From Squalus acanthias (lineage: Eukaryota), in the NCBI GenBank assembly GCA_030390025.1, contig CM059432.1, positions 45,014,001-45,078,000 on the forward strand: DNA of 64,000 nucleotides, given 5' to 3'. This document shows positions 47,032 through 59,560 of the stretch, one piece after another (positions within the stretch are counted from its first letter, which is position 1; each line of letters starts with the position of its first letter). Under the pieces are notes generated by a model. That model did not search any database and had not been told where the DNA came from. It was given only the letters and a program-made list of their open reading frames with translations. The translations under genes and the position numbers were made by a program.

Positions 47032-48971
47032 ATGGAGAGGGTGAGAGAACGAGCTCAGCGCTTCACCGAGCGGGCCTTGGATGCTCTGGTTGGCGCGGTG
47101 GAGCGCAGAAGATCTATACTCTTCCCTGAGAGTGGCAGGAGGCCTTTGCCACGCGAGTACAGAAGAGTGTGGAGGGAGGTGGCTCAGAGTGTCTCCTCCA
47201 GGAGCATGGTGCCCAGGACCCATGTTCAATGCCGCAAAAAGTTCAATGACCTCACTCGGGTCGTCAGGGTGAGTGGCTTTTTCTCAATACCTCTCCATCC
47301 CTCCATCTCAACCTCACTCTATGGACAGAGGGTCTTAAAACCCCAATGCACAACACTCATCCAACACCTATGGCCCTTTCATGAAACACACACACACATT
47401 CCACACTTTGCATACAGTAAGGGCTATTCACCTATGGGAGGCACATCAGGCAAGACCATGGCTGTATACAGTAAGGGCTATTCACCTATGGGAGGCACAT
47501 CAGGCAAGACCATGGCTGTATACAGTAAGGGCTATTCACCTATGGGAGGCACATCAGGCAAGACCATGGCTGTATATTTACTCAGATGCTGTCCTTTTTC
47601 TTGCAGGCCAAGCTGGCGCATAATAGGAGACAGCAGCAACGGACAGGTGGAGGGCGGCCTCAGCTGCAACCCCTCAGCGATCTTGAGGAGTGCGTCCACA
47701 GGATTTTGGCAAGCCGGGTGATCGGTCCCGTCGCCACTGGAGACGCCGACCCCGTTCTGGACAGCAATGGTAAGGTCATCACCTTTTTGTCCTCTGTCCT
47801 TCCACTTGTCCCTCACAACACCAGCCTTTGACACTTTCAATCCAACTTACTAACTCGCTGCACTTATTCCTCCCTTACTGCCACCCTGTCCTCACGCTAA
47901 AGCCACTCTTGTACCTCCCTGCTTTCAGATGGTGATTCACCAGCTGAGGAGACGGGCCATGAAGCTGCCAGTGGGAGTGAAGCTGCAGCCGAGGAGGAAG
48001 AGGAAGCCGGAGCATCAGTGCCACCCTCTCCCGAGGAAGCCCATGCCCACACTGGGAACACGCCTTCCCTGGAGGGGAGCAAGGGGGAAGGGTCTGATGA
48101 GGGTGAAGTTCCAGGACCCAGCGGGCTGCAGCAACGCCATGGGGGTAGGGAAGAACGGGGGCCTTCTCCCCAGAGGGAGAGTAGGCCAGAGACTCCTACT
48201 GCAATGGACGCAGAGGAGGAGCGGCTGATCGCAGAAATGAACACCCAGGCGGTGGGCATGCACACTGAGCTCATGGGTGCAGTGGGAAGGGTGCCCGAAT
48301 GCATTGAGTCACTGGCAAGGAGTGTGGAGCACTTCGCTGTAGCACAGGCGGATGCCACACTAAAGCTTAGTGCTGCAATTCAGTCACTGACTGCCGTGAT
48401 CCCATCTCTGACTGCTCTCATGCAGACTCAGATTGAGGCCACGCGAGCACTGACTGCTGCCATCCTCGATGGTTCGTTCACATTTCCCCGGGGCTCTCAC
48501 CGCGCCGCAGCAGGCCAGCAATCTGTGCTCCAGCAGATTGCTCCGGATGCTGAAGTGCTGCCCCGTGGGAGTGCCAGTGTGTCGGTCGAGCAGGGAGTTG
48601 CTGTCCTCTCTCACGATGACAGCATTCCTGCTGCCAACACTGTCACTTCTCCACTGCACTTGCCACCGCCTGTAGGACAGACTGCTGCCGCCCATGCAGA
48701 GTTGGTGCAGTCTGCAGCCGGGCCCTCCAGGCCCAGAACTGGTCGAGGCCGTCCTTCAGGGGCATCTGCAGTGTCAGGGTCTGACAATCAGCAGCCTTCC
48801 ACCAGCCTTGCTGCAGCCACTGAGGTCCCATTACGGAGGAGCAGTAGGGTTAGAAGGGGGGAAGTGCGCAAGGGAAGGAGATCACCCTCGAAGGCAAAAA
48901 GTAGGAGGTGTGACAAAATGCTGGTCATTTTTTTATTAAAGGCCGAGGTTCGTGGTCCAACATTTGTTTAG
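47032..48971 (+). CDS. Harbinger Myb/SANT-like protein; exons 47032-47268, 47607-47769, 47929-48971 (about 480 aa)
   Basis: RFTERALDALV...W...RTHVQCRKKFNDL; GT-AG introns keep the frame; KLAHNRRQQQRTGGG. Confidence 0.85.
47413..47574. repeat. 3 x 54-bp tandem repeat in Myb intron 1
   Basis: TACAGTAAGGGCTATTCACCTATGGGAGGCACATCAGGCAAGACCATGGCTGTA x3; single copy in Harbinger-C. Confidence 0.92.
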
Positions 48972-49215
48972 TGTTTTGGACATTATCTCCAGGTTGTGAG
49001 AACCAGTTATGTTATTGACTGTTTTTTGTGTTTATTTCTATGAGTTTGTCATGAGGAATTGACACACACAGAGTTTGTAAAATAAATAAGTTTCTGTATT
49101 CAAAATATACATGGTTGGTGTTTGGAATTATTGGTGCCTTGGCCGGCTTAGGGGTTGCGTGCTGGGTTCATTGATGTTGTTAGCAATGGCAGAAGCCATT
49201 TCCACAGCAGGGGCC

Positions 49216-50376
49216 CTAGAAGCGGCTTGCTATCAGCCGTTGACGGACGGCCCTTGCAGTTTCACCATTGTGGGCCGCCCTCCCGCCTTGGTGCTGCTGA
49301 TGATCATCCTCCTCGTCCTCTTCCTCCTCTTCCTCCTCCTCCTCTGGTGGTGCTCCAAGGCCTGGTGGCATTGGCTGGGTCCTGAGGATTGCCATGTTAT
49401 GCAACATGCAGCACACAACTACGAAGTTGGATACTCGTTCAGGCGAGTACTGCAGGGCTCCTCCAGAATGGTCGAGACAGCGGAACCGTTGCTTCAGCAC
49501 GCCGATTGTGCGCTCAATGATGTTCCTGGTAGCTTGATGGCTCTCATTGTACCGCAGCTCAGCAGGGGTGTTGGGCATACAGAGCGGTGTCATCAGCCAG
49601 GTGCTCAATGGATACCCATTGTCCCCGAGAAGCCAACCAACTGGCTGATGCGGTGCCTCGAAAAGTTCTGCCACAGTAGTCTGGCGCAGGATAAAAGCAT
49701 CATGGCAGCTGCCAGGATAGTGGGCATTGACAGCGAGTATCAGCTGTCTGTGGTCACAGACCAACTGAACATTCAAGGAATGGAACCCCTTTCTGTTCCG
49801 GAATTCCTCGGCATTCTCATGTGGAGCACGCAAAGCCACATGCGTGCAGTCAATGGCGCCCTGCACCATGGGGAAGCCCGCTATCCTCGCAAAGCCCAGA
49901 GCGCGGTCACGCTGCTTGTCTGGGGTCATGGGGAAAGAGAAGAACTCTCGTCTCCTTTTAAAGAGGGCATTTGTGACCTGCCGGATGCAGCAATGCACCG
50001 CGAACTGGGAGATATTGGCGAGGTCCCCAGCAGCAGCTTGAAATGAGCCAGTAGCATAGAAGTTGAGAGCCACTGTGACCTTCACTGCCACCGACAGAGA
50101 CGTCCTGGACCTCAGTTGAGGCTGCAGATCTGGCTGCAGCAGGTGGCAGAGCTCAATGACCACCTCCTTGCTGAATCGCAGCCTTCGCAAACACAGCTCC
50201 TCAGACATATGAATGTAGGAGAGCTGTTCACGATATACCCTGGGAGGGTAAGCTCTCCTGTACATACGCCTGTTGGCCCTCCTCCATCTGGCCATCATTG
50301 CCACTCTCTCTCTGCGTCTCTGTGTCCTCCGATTCAGCTGGAGCAGGACGACATCCCCAATCAGTGCAGCCCCCAT
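49216..50376 (-). CDS. Harbinger DDE transposase (HARBI1-like family), intact
   Basis: [61 protein letters not shown]. Confidence 0.93.
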   Translation of the reverse strand: MGAALIGDVVLLQLNRRTQRRRERVAMMARWRRANRRMYRRAYPPRVYREQLSYIHMSEELCLRRLRFSKEVVIELCHLLQPDLQPQLRSRTSLSVAVKVTVALNFYATGSFQAAAGDLANISQFAVHCCIRQVTNALFKRRREFFSFPMTPDKQRDRALGFARIAGFPMVQGAIDCTHVALRAPHENAEEFRNRKGFHSLNVQLVCDHRQLILAVNAHYPGSCHDAFILRQTTVAELFEAPHQPVGWLLGDNGYPLSTWLMTPLCMPNTPAELRYNESHQATRNIIERTIGVLKQRFRCLDHSGGALQYSPERVSNFVVVCCMLHNMAILRTQPMPPGLGAPPEEEEEEEEEDEEDDHQQHQGGRAAHNGETARAVRQRLIASRF

Positions 50377-50903
50377 AGTCTCTTTGCAAGCAAAGTTATG
50401 AAGGACAGCAACCAAAGTAGCAGCGAAGTTAGGATCAGTAGGCAAAACTACCTCACAAAGCGTTGACTCAATGCAGAAGTCTCTCTTTCTCTCTCTCCGA
50501 ATCTCTCTCTCTCTCTCAGAACGAGTGGTGCAAAAATGTCAACCACAGAAAAAGACAGGAAGAGGCCCCCTTTAAATAGCGCCCCCCCCAGCCCCACAGC
50601 GATTGATAGCGTTCCAGTCTTCCGGTCGTTGGATGCGCCAGGCGGTAAGGCAGGGGGCGCCACTCAATTTCCGCTCCGGGGCGCCACAAGGGCGTTGCAC
50701 CATGGAATGATGTCACAATCTGCGCGCGCAGGTGGTCGCAGCGGTAAAGTTTAGCGCCGCCGCACAATGTCTAGTTAAGTTCCCGAGCGGCGCAAACATC
50801 GCTGCGCCCGGGCGTTAGCGGCTTTGCGCCCCATTAGCGCCCTCTTAAGGCGCTAACGGGAGGCGCAACCAACTGAATTTTTACCCCTAAGGGTCACAGC
50901 CAC

Positions 50904-52060
50904 TTACAACTCGTAGGTGGTGTCTTCTTCCTTCGGCGTCTTCTGCAACAGTTTAATCCATTCTTGTTGCTTGCATCTCCTGTTGACTTCACAAGTTATC
51001 ATTAGTAAATATAATACAATCACCAATTGAACAATGACCAAAACGTGGGAGATAAATCTTATCCAGGGATGAACCTCAATACTCATATCGATATCCCACC
51101 AGGACGAATCGTCCCCGACCTTAGAGATCATTTTACACAGTTCACGATTTTTCTGGGCCAGGGTATAAAAGTGCTTTTGGGACTGACTAATGCGTCCCAT
51201 TAACTCTACCAAGTGTTCTGACGGAGGTGGAATGGCATAGCCGAATCGAGTTACATACGGGTGTAATTGCTCTTTTAACTCATCTTCTACAGCGATATCT
51301 ACTTGCCTGTGTGAATAAATGCTTAATAAAACCCACGCCCCAAGTCTCACAGGTCGGACTGGGGTAAAACAAAGATTACCGCCGCATCAGGACAAGTCAG
51401 GTTGTTACCATGCTGGTATTCCCGGTGTATGGTGGTGACACAATATTCACCCTTCACTCGATACGCAGATCGTACGGGGAAATGCTGTCCCGCCATCACT
51501 TTCATGGTGCAGTTCCATTCTATCCCATCCCAATCAAACCCACACACAGGGGCTGCCTGTTCTACCATGTCATAAGGGCAGATGAATGTGTCCCGAGTTT
51601 GCACACACCCGGTAAGATCTGGGGCTACCCATGTGGCCCCATCACTTGGGTCACGTACTTCGGGGGTTGGTCATACCTTATTAAGTGATCTCTCTGACGT
51701 ACTCCTATGTTCTCCACGTGGACAGAGGGTTTGGGGTCACCTTTTCGGGCAGAATGGGATAATACAATACCATTCCGAACAGGCATGATGTTGTTTTGTT
51801 CCTGCAAATGGCATTCATGTTCACCGGGTAGACCTGTACCAACCCCCTGACTTTACACATATTCATGGTAAATTGGTAAATGGACATTGCCCTCAGGTGT
51901 CGATCAGTCACCCATGAGGGGAGCTTCCCCTCAGCAATGCTCTGCAGGTTTTCATGGGCTTGTTGCACTAACCAAGATCCATACATTACACACATATCAT
52001 TTCACATGGCCTCACTCAATCCTCCTTTAAAATTTGATTTATCTTTTTAGCATGGGATTC
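50904..52060 (-). pseudogene. env: ERV-C env, 3' part (frameshifted)
   Basis: CVMYGSWL, VENIGV, CGFDW..NCTM, FGYAIPP, SQKHFYTL, IEVHPWIR and TM align to ERV-B env. Confidence 0.88.
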
Positions 52061-52484
52061 TAAGGGGGAAACATTCGGTTGGTTTGCGCCTCCCGTTAAT
52101 GGGGCGCAAAGCAACTAGCGCCCGGGCGCGGCGATGTTTGCGCCGCTCGCGAAATTGACCAGAGTTTTTGCGGCGGCACAAAAGTTTACCGCCTCGATGT
52201 CCTACACCCGCAGATCGTGACGTCAGTCAAGCGTGCAACGCCCTGATGGCGCCACGGACCGGAAATTGAGTGGCGCCCCCCTCCTTTCTGCCTGCCGCAA
52301 GCAACGACAGGGAAACTGGAACGTTTGCCAGTCAGTGAGGGGCTGGGTGGGCGCTATTTAAAGGCGCCCTCTTCCTGCCTTTTTCTGTGGTAGACATTTT
52401 TGCACCACTCATTCTGACAGAGAGAGAGAGATTCTGAGAGAGAGAGAGCGACTTCTGCATAAGTCAACACTGTGTGACGTAGTT

Positions 52485-53695
52485 TTGGCTACTGAGCATC
52501 ACTTTGCAGGTACTTTTGAGTTTCACCTTCATTACTTCGATTGCCAAGAGACTGTGGGGGCTGCACTGATTGGGGGCGTCATCCTCCGCCTGCAGAATCG
52601 GAGGCAACAGAGACGCAGAGAGAGAGTGGCAATCATGGCCAGACGTTGGAGGGCCAACAGGCCTCTGCACAGGAGACCTTACCCTCCCAGGGTATTCCGG
52701 GAACAATTCTCCTACATTCATTTGTCTGAGGAGCAGTGTTTGCGCAGGCTGCGCTTCAGCAAGGAGGTGGTCACTGAGCTCTGCCACCTGCTGCAGCCAG
52801 ATCTGCAGCCTCAACTGAGGACCAGGACGTCTCTGTCGGTGGCAGTGAAGGTCACAGTGGCTCTGAATTTTTATGCCACTGGCTCCTTTCAAGCAGCTAC
52901 TGGGGACATCGCCATATCTCCCAGTTCGCGGTCCATTGCTGTATCCATCAGGTCACAAATGCCCTCTATAAAAGGAGACATCAGTACATCTCTTTCCCGA
53001 TGACCCGGGCCAAACAGCATGAACACGCATTGGGCTTTGCGACGATAGAGGGCTTCCCCATGGTGCAGGGCACCATTGACTGCACGCATGTGACATTGCG
53101 GGCACCGCATGAGAATGCAGAGGTTTTCCAAAACCGCAAGGGGTTCCACTCCTTAAACGTCCAGTTGGTCTGTGACTACAGACAGCTGATACTCGCCGAC
53201 AATGCCCGCTATCCTGCAGCAGCCACAATGCTTTCATCCTGCACCAGACTGGTGTGCCAGACCGTTTCCAGGCACCGCATTAGTCAAGTGGTTGGCTCCT
53301 CGGGGACAAGGGTTATCCACTCTGCACCTGGCTGATGACACCGCTCCGTAACCCCAACACCCCTGCTGAGCTGCGGTACAATGAGAGCCATCTCGCCACC
53401 AGGAACATCATTGAGCAAACGATCAGCTTGCTCAAGCAACGGTTCCGCTGTCTGGACCACTCAGGAGGAGCCCTGCAGTACTCGCCTGAGCAAGTCTCCC
53501 TCTTCATAGTTGTGTGCTGCATTTTTCATAACCTGGCAATCCTCAGGACCCAGCCAATGCCACCAGGCCTTGTGCACCACCAGAGGAGAGGAAGAGGAGG
53601 AGGATGATCAGCAGCAGCACCAAGGCGGGAGGGAGGCCCACAATGTTGAAACTGCAAGGGCCGTCCGTCAACGACTGATAACAAGTCGCTTCTAG
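52485..53695 (+). pseudogene. Harbinger transposase, frameshifted
   Basis: ORFs 52485-53003, 53000-53335 and 53335-53607 match 49216-50445. Confidence 0.9.
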
Positions 53696-53741
53696 GCCCC
53701 TACTCAGGAAATAGCTTCTGGCATGGAAAACAACATGAATA

Positions 53742-54833
53742 TGTAAGCGGTTTTGATCCTAGCCCAATTGCTAGACAGACAGTTCGAATCGCCCCCGCTT
53801 TACGAAAGTTCTATACCCGGGAATTATTATTCAGAGTGTAAATGAAATAAGTCACGGACAGGAATGCTTCGGTGAAAAATCATACTTATACTTATTTGGT
53901 CTAACATACACTGGCTAAAACATGTACTACTAAACGAAATCACTGTCTCTGTGGAGAATAAAAATTCAGGTTACAAACAACATACATACAGTACCCAACT
54001 GGGGACTATGACAAGCAGTAATTCCCTTGTTGCTATGGTGGACTCTAACTCCACCTCTACCAACGAATTATCAGTCGCATCAGCCCCTTCGCCTGGCTGA
54101 ACCAAACGAAGCTCCCACCCAGGAACAGCCCAAAAGCTTCACTTCTGAGAAAAACTCTGAGCCCTCTGGTTACCGGCTTGGGACACTCGAGACCATGCTT
54201 ACCCCCACACACAGTCGGTCTCGATCGCTCCGCTTAGCTGCTTCTTCCTCTGGTACTTCTTGTTAGGTCGATCTTGGTGCAGAGAGAGCGAGAGAGAGAG
54301 AGAACGGTGGGAAAGGGTCTATCTTTAGAGGAGTCTCGCTACCCCTATCTTTCCCGCCAATCTTTAAAATCCTTTTGTTTCTAAGCACTCTGTGATGGGT
54401 CATCCTCAGACGCATGAGTATTCCGTGATTGGTCCTAAGTCTGGGACATCTCTCGGTCTTTGTGTTGGGAAAAACTGGCTCCTCTCCGGCTGGCTAGGCC
54501 AGTGGGTTCATTGTTCTGCTTCTCTTCTGAGATGGAGGTGAGAAGTGCTTTTGCATATTAGAGTGGCTTTCTAACAGGTTCAAGTTCAACGGGTCAATGG
54601 CCCCCTTCCTTTTTCCAGGACTGTCGGGCGAACCTATACATTCTGGATGACTGACAGTTCTTTTGTCACAGCCAACTGCTATGCGTTCTCTGGAGTTTTA
54701 ACAAACCAGTTTTTCACATATCTGCACAGGGTGATCCCATCACAGGGAAAATACCCTCAGAAAAATCCCATAAAGTCCACAAAATATACTCGACTAAGTC
54801 CATTCTTCAAACAGAGACTTTGCGATCTCTTCA
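53742..54833. mobile_element. Probable solo LTR (1092 bp) inserted in Harbinger-C
   Basis: TG...CA ends; flanks AATA / AATG; absent from the homologous intergenic region of Harbinger-B. Confidence 0.7.
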
Positions 54834-55039
54834 AATGAAAGCAACCCACAACCCCAAAGCCGGCCAAGGCAGCAATGATTCCAAAGGCCAAACCTGTACA
54901 TTTTGAATACAAAAACTTTTTTATTTTATAAACTCTGTGTGTGTCATTTCTTCATGACAAACTAATAGAAACAAACACAAAAAATCATTAATTAACATAA
55001 CCGATTCTCACAACCTGGAGATAATGTCCAAAACACTAA

Positions 55040-56672
55040 ACAAAAGTTTGAACACGAACCTCGGCCTTTAATAAAAAATTGACCAACATTTCGTCACACC
55101 TCCTACTTTTTGCCCTTCGAGAGTGATCTCCTTCCCTTGCGCACTTCCTCCCTTCCCACCCTACTGCTCCTCCGTGGCAGCAGGAATGCTGTCATCTTGA
55201 GAGAGGACAGCAACTCCCTGCTCGACTGTCACACTGGCACTCCCACGGGGCAACACCTCAGCATCCAGAGCAATCTGCTGGAGCACAGATTGCTGGCCTG
55301 CTGCGGTGCGGTGAGAGCCCTGGGGAAATGTGTCCGAACCAGTGACAATGGCAGCAGTCAGTGCTTGCGTGGCCTCAATCTGAGACTGCATGAGAGCAGT
55401 CTGAGATTGGATCACGGCAGCCAGTGACTGAATTGCAGCACTAAGCATTTGCGTGGCATCCGCCTGTGCTACAGCAAAGTGCTCCACACTCCTTGCCAGG
55501 GCATCAATGGTTTCGGGCACCCTTCCCACTGCACCCATGAGCTGAGTGTGCATGTCCACTGCCTGGGTGTTCATTTCAGCGATGAGCCGCTCCACCTCTG
55601 CGTCCAGTGCAGCAGGACTCTCTGGACTACTCTCCCTCTGGGGAGAACGCCCCCGAGCTTCCCTAGCCACATCGCGTTGCTGCAGCCCACTGGGTCCCGG
55701 AGCTTCACCCTCATCAGACCCTTCCCCTCTGCTCCCCTCCAGGGAAGGCGTGTTCCCAGTGTGGGCATGGGCTTCCTCGGGAGAGGGTGGCGCTGATGCT
55801 CCGGCTTCCTCTTCCTCCTCGCCTGCGGCTTCGCTCCCACTGGCAGCTTGAGGGCCCGTCTCCTCAGCTGGTGAATCACCATCTGAAAGCAGGGAGGTAC
55901 AAGAGTGGCTTTAGCGTGAGGACAGGGGGGCAGTAAGGGAGGAAGGAGTGCAGCGATTTAGTAAGTTGGATTGAAAGTGTCAAAGGCAGGTGTCATGAGG
56001 GACAAGTGGAATGAGAGAGGAGAGAAAGCTGATGACCTTACCATTGCTGTCCCGAATGGGGTCGGCCTCTCCAGGGGCGACGGGACCGATCACCTGGCTT
56101 GCCACAATCCTGTGGGTGCGCGCCTCAAGATCGCTGAGGGGTTGCAGCTGAGGCCGCCCTCCACCTGTCCGTTGCTGCAGTCTCCTGTTATGAGATAGCT
56201 TGGCCTGCAAGAAAAAGGACGCCGTCTGAGTAAATATACAGCCATGGTCTTGCCTGATGTGCCTCCCATAGTTGAATAGCCCTTACTGTATGCAAGGTGT
56301 GGAATGTGCGTGTGTGTTTCATGAGAGGGCCATAGGTGTTGGATGAGTGTTGAGCATTGGGGTTTTAAGACCCTCTGGCCATAGAATGAGGTTGAAATGG
56401 AGGGATAGAGAGGTATTGAAAAAAAGTTACTCACCCTGACGACCCGAGTGAGGTCGTTGAACTTTTTTGCGACATTGATTATGGGTCCTGGGCACCATGC
56501 TCCTGGAGAAGACGTGCTGAGCCACCTCCCTCCACACTCTTCTGTAGTCGCGCGGCAAAGGCCTTCTGTCACTCTCAGGGTAGAGTATAGATCTTCAGCA
56601 CTCCACCGCGCCAACCAGAGCCTCCAAGGCCCGCTCGCTGAAGCGCTGAGCTCGTTCTCTCACCCTCTCCAT
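55040..56672 (-). pseudogene. Harbinger Myb/SANT-like gene, frameshifted
   Basis: MERVRERAQRFSERALEALV, KKFNDLTRVVR, KLSHNRRLQQRTGGG; homologous to 47032-48971. Confidence 0.85.
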
Positions 56673-57036
56673 AGTCCTTGGCTGGAAAATGTAGGCACAG
56701 GTCTCTCCAGGCCGAGATTCAAGGCTCCAATGAGCAGGGTGTGACTGGAGAACAAAATCAACTCTCCCCTTTAAGAACTGGCCGGCGCCAGTGTGTCTGT
56801 GTTCCATCGCTAACTAACATCACCTGCACTGCGCCCGCGCTCTGAGTTAGCGCCTCGCTTCTCGGCCTTTGCGCCTTAAGACAGGTGTGCCACGCCTGAT
56901 TTAGTGCTCCAATCACCTCCAGGGGCGATAAAAGCCAAGTTTGCAGTCGGAGGTGATAATTGGCGTCAGGCGCTAAACTTTGCGCCCGGCCAATAATTGC
57001 GCCCCAAACGGGGCGATACTGAATTTCTCCCCCTAA

Positions 57037-58318
57037 ATATGAATGGTCATAATTTGGTCCTCTTCCAATTCCTCCTGTTCTAGACCATTCATTTTGTTCA
57101 AAATTTCCTTTAAACGATTTCTAACTGCCTCTACGGATTGATCCAAATGAGCTAAATCAAGGCTATTAACGAGGGAGGTATTAAAAACAGTTGCTGCATC
57201 ATTTATCAGACCTCGTCACCTTCTGATATGATTCCCTTTAATCCCGTAACCAACATCATTTTCTTCAATGATCTTGGTACTATTATTCCCCAAGGTATCG
57301 TTAAATCCATTACCATCCCCTGAGCCCTTGTAATTTAATGGCTCCAAATCCGATTCCGCCAGTGTTGTGCTGCCCTTTCCAAAATCCCTCCATTAATTCC
57401 CGCATCATCCTCCCATATAACCGCGTTGTCTCTGGCTTGCACCAGTTCGGTAGTCCCACCTCAGTCAGATTCAATATTACCGGCACCACCTTGTGATGCA
57501 CATCATGGTACAATATCATCCAAGTTGGGATTACCACCAACCCATTTGTCGGTCCCGGGGTGTGTTTGGTGCAGACAACCCGGGTTTCCTGTTGTTCTTC
57601 CCGTGGTTGTGTTTTATTTGTAGGGAGGGGAAGTTTAGGACGGACTTTCAATTTCACCATGTGTATTATTGCGTTTTCACATTGCTGCACATGATAATGT
57701 GAGCAACTCTTCCAACCCCTACATGGCCTTCCCTCCCCTTACACAAACCATTGGTAGGGACCCCTGTCATCTATTCCATTCGCTTGGATACTTTTCCTGC
57801 CTATCCAGTGGACGGGATCTCCACAAAGCGGCTCTGTGGATACGAAAGTATGGTTAGATGGCGACCCCGAAGGGTTTACGCACCCACAGATTCCCTCGTG
57901 CTCTTGCCACCATCGTGGCCAACACAACATGGTTTCTCCATTGTCTTCCAATTGAGTTGGGCTCCCATTGTGCCCCCAAGGATCCCCTATCTGGTGGTAA
58001 CTGGTATTGTCACCCGCTTTTGCCTGAATGAACCATACACGCGGCTGACTTGTAGTTCCACTCTTACACTTTACACATATTCCCCTCCCTTCTTGGACCG
58101 CATATGTGATTACTCGTGCTATTCCTGAACAACTTGTGCCGTACGTACCCTTGATGGATCGGAGGGTAACCTCCCGAGCGATACCTCGGGGCGGAGTTAC
58201 GGGGGCAATGGTAATCTGACTGTCGTAACTTGAATCGCTGGATGCTCCCTCATGTGTTGCTGCTGCCCTTTTGAGATGGAGCGCTATGCCACACAACAAC
58301 AAAAATAGCCGCCCCGTC
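57037..58318 (-). pseudogene. env: ERV-C env, 5' part including the Ig-like segment and furin site
   Basis: VQEGRGICVKC, VWF, LCWPRWWQEHEGICGC; GPTNGLVVIPT..VILNLTEVGLPNWC; RR*RGLINDAATVFNTS. Confidence 0.82.
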
Positions 58319-58493
58319 TTTCTCTGTCTTGTTCTGGCCTGTGGGGATAAGGGACAAAAACATAGTATTACTCCCGGCCTTGCACCCTACGTACACCCAT
58401 TAGTTCAGGCTTTCATTACTAATGTATTTTTTTTAAACGAAACAAAAGGGGGCTTCCTACATTTCTTTTTCTGCATTGGGCAATTTTCGACTC

Positions 58494-59560
58494 CTACCAC
58501 TGGTGATACTTCAAGGGTGTCTTTTTATTTCTTTTACTACGCTGCCGTGGGGTAGGAGGGGTCTGTTGGATTTGTCTGCGGACAGGAGGTGGTTCCGGTC
58601 CTGGGGATGAGGAGGTTTCTACAGTTCCCATGTCCTGTCCACCTTCATTTGAATCATACTGTACCTGTGGAGACGCCATTTCAGGCAAGGGCACCTCATT
58701 GGGTGGGGATGTCCCATTAGGCACCCCTTCTTCATCATCCCACTGGAGAGCAAAAATTCTGCTCACCATGCTCATAATCATAGCTTGCTGTCTTCTGGAC
58801 CTGCTAGTGGGCTGAAAAAGCTTCATCTGGTTAATATGAAACCATTTCATTTTCTTAGGTAACTGAACCACATACACCATGGGACTAGCTTTATCAAAAA
58901 TGCTATACGGCCCCTTGTAGAGGGGTTCAAAGACTCCCATCCTCGCATAGTTTCGTACCATTACCTGGCTCCATACTTCCCATTCCTGGGGTTTACTGGG
59001 AGTCAGGTGTATTTGGTTGCGTTGGTGAACCTTCCCAATGTTGTAGGCAGCCCTCAAGTTCAGTTCTTTTAAAGTTCCCCACAGGTCGCTCAGGAATTTG
59101 TCCCGAGTCACCTCTTTAATTTGTTTATTAGTCAGAGTGGGGACTAACAGGTGTGTGGGGGTTCGCATGGGTCTCCCCGTTACCAATTCATGAGGGGAGT
59201 GACCCGTTCCTTTGGATCTGTTGCTACATATCCCCATGAGGATTAGTGGAAGTACCTCATCCCACTTAGTGTGCTGTTCATTCAATTTTTTACGCAGAGC
59301 CAATTTTAATGTACGGTTCATTCTTTCCACAATCCCCGATGATTGTGGGTTGTGGGTCACGTGCCATTTCCCTTAAATTCCAAGCAATTTCAGAATGGCT
59401 TGCATTATCTGACCTGTGAAATGACTTTGTTGGTCTGACTCTACCATGCGAGGAAGTCCCCATCTGGAGAATACCTCTTTAACTAGGGTCTTGTCTGTCC
59501 ACTATGCTGTGGCCGACTTGCACGGGAAGGCTTCTACCCACCTGGCAATCTTGCACCATC
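58494..59560 (-). pseudogene. pol: ERV-C integrase remnant
   Basis: WVEAFPC, ESDQQSHF, HNPQSSGIVERMN, QVMVRNYARMGVFEPLYKGPY. Confidence 0.88.

Larger units (their letters stand above)
46673..50887. mobile_element. Harbinger-B, two-gene PIF/Harbinger transposon, potentially autonomous
   Basis: Imperfect TIRs GAGGGAAAAATTAAGT / AACTGAATTTTTACCCC; flanks TAT and TAA; convergent Myb and transposase genes. Confidence 0.92.
52064..57033. mobile_element. Harbinger-C, decayed sister of Harbinger-B in opposite orientation; TSD TAA
   Basis: TIRs GGGGGAAACATTCGGT / ACTGAATTTCTCCCCC; TAA at 52061-52063 and 57034-57036; inserted in ERV-C env. Confidence 0.92.

Noticed and set aside
49111..50046. Long antisense ORFs (also 16366-17232 and 43768-44325)
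   Set aside because: These are shadows of real genes on the opposite strand, with no independent motifs.
49216..50445. Domesticated host HARBI1 gene
   Set aside because: It sits between TIRs with a Myb partner, inside an ERV, with a decayed sister copy nearby.
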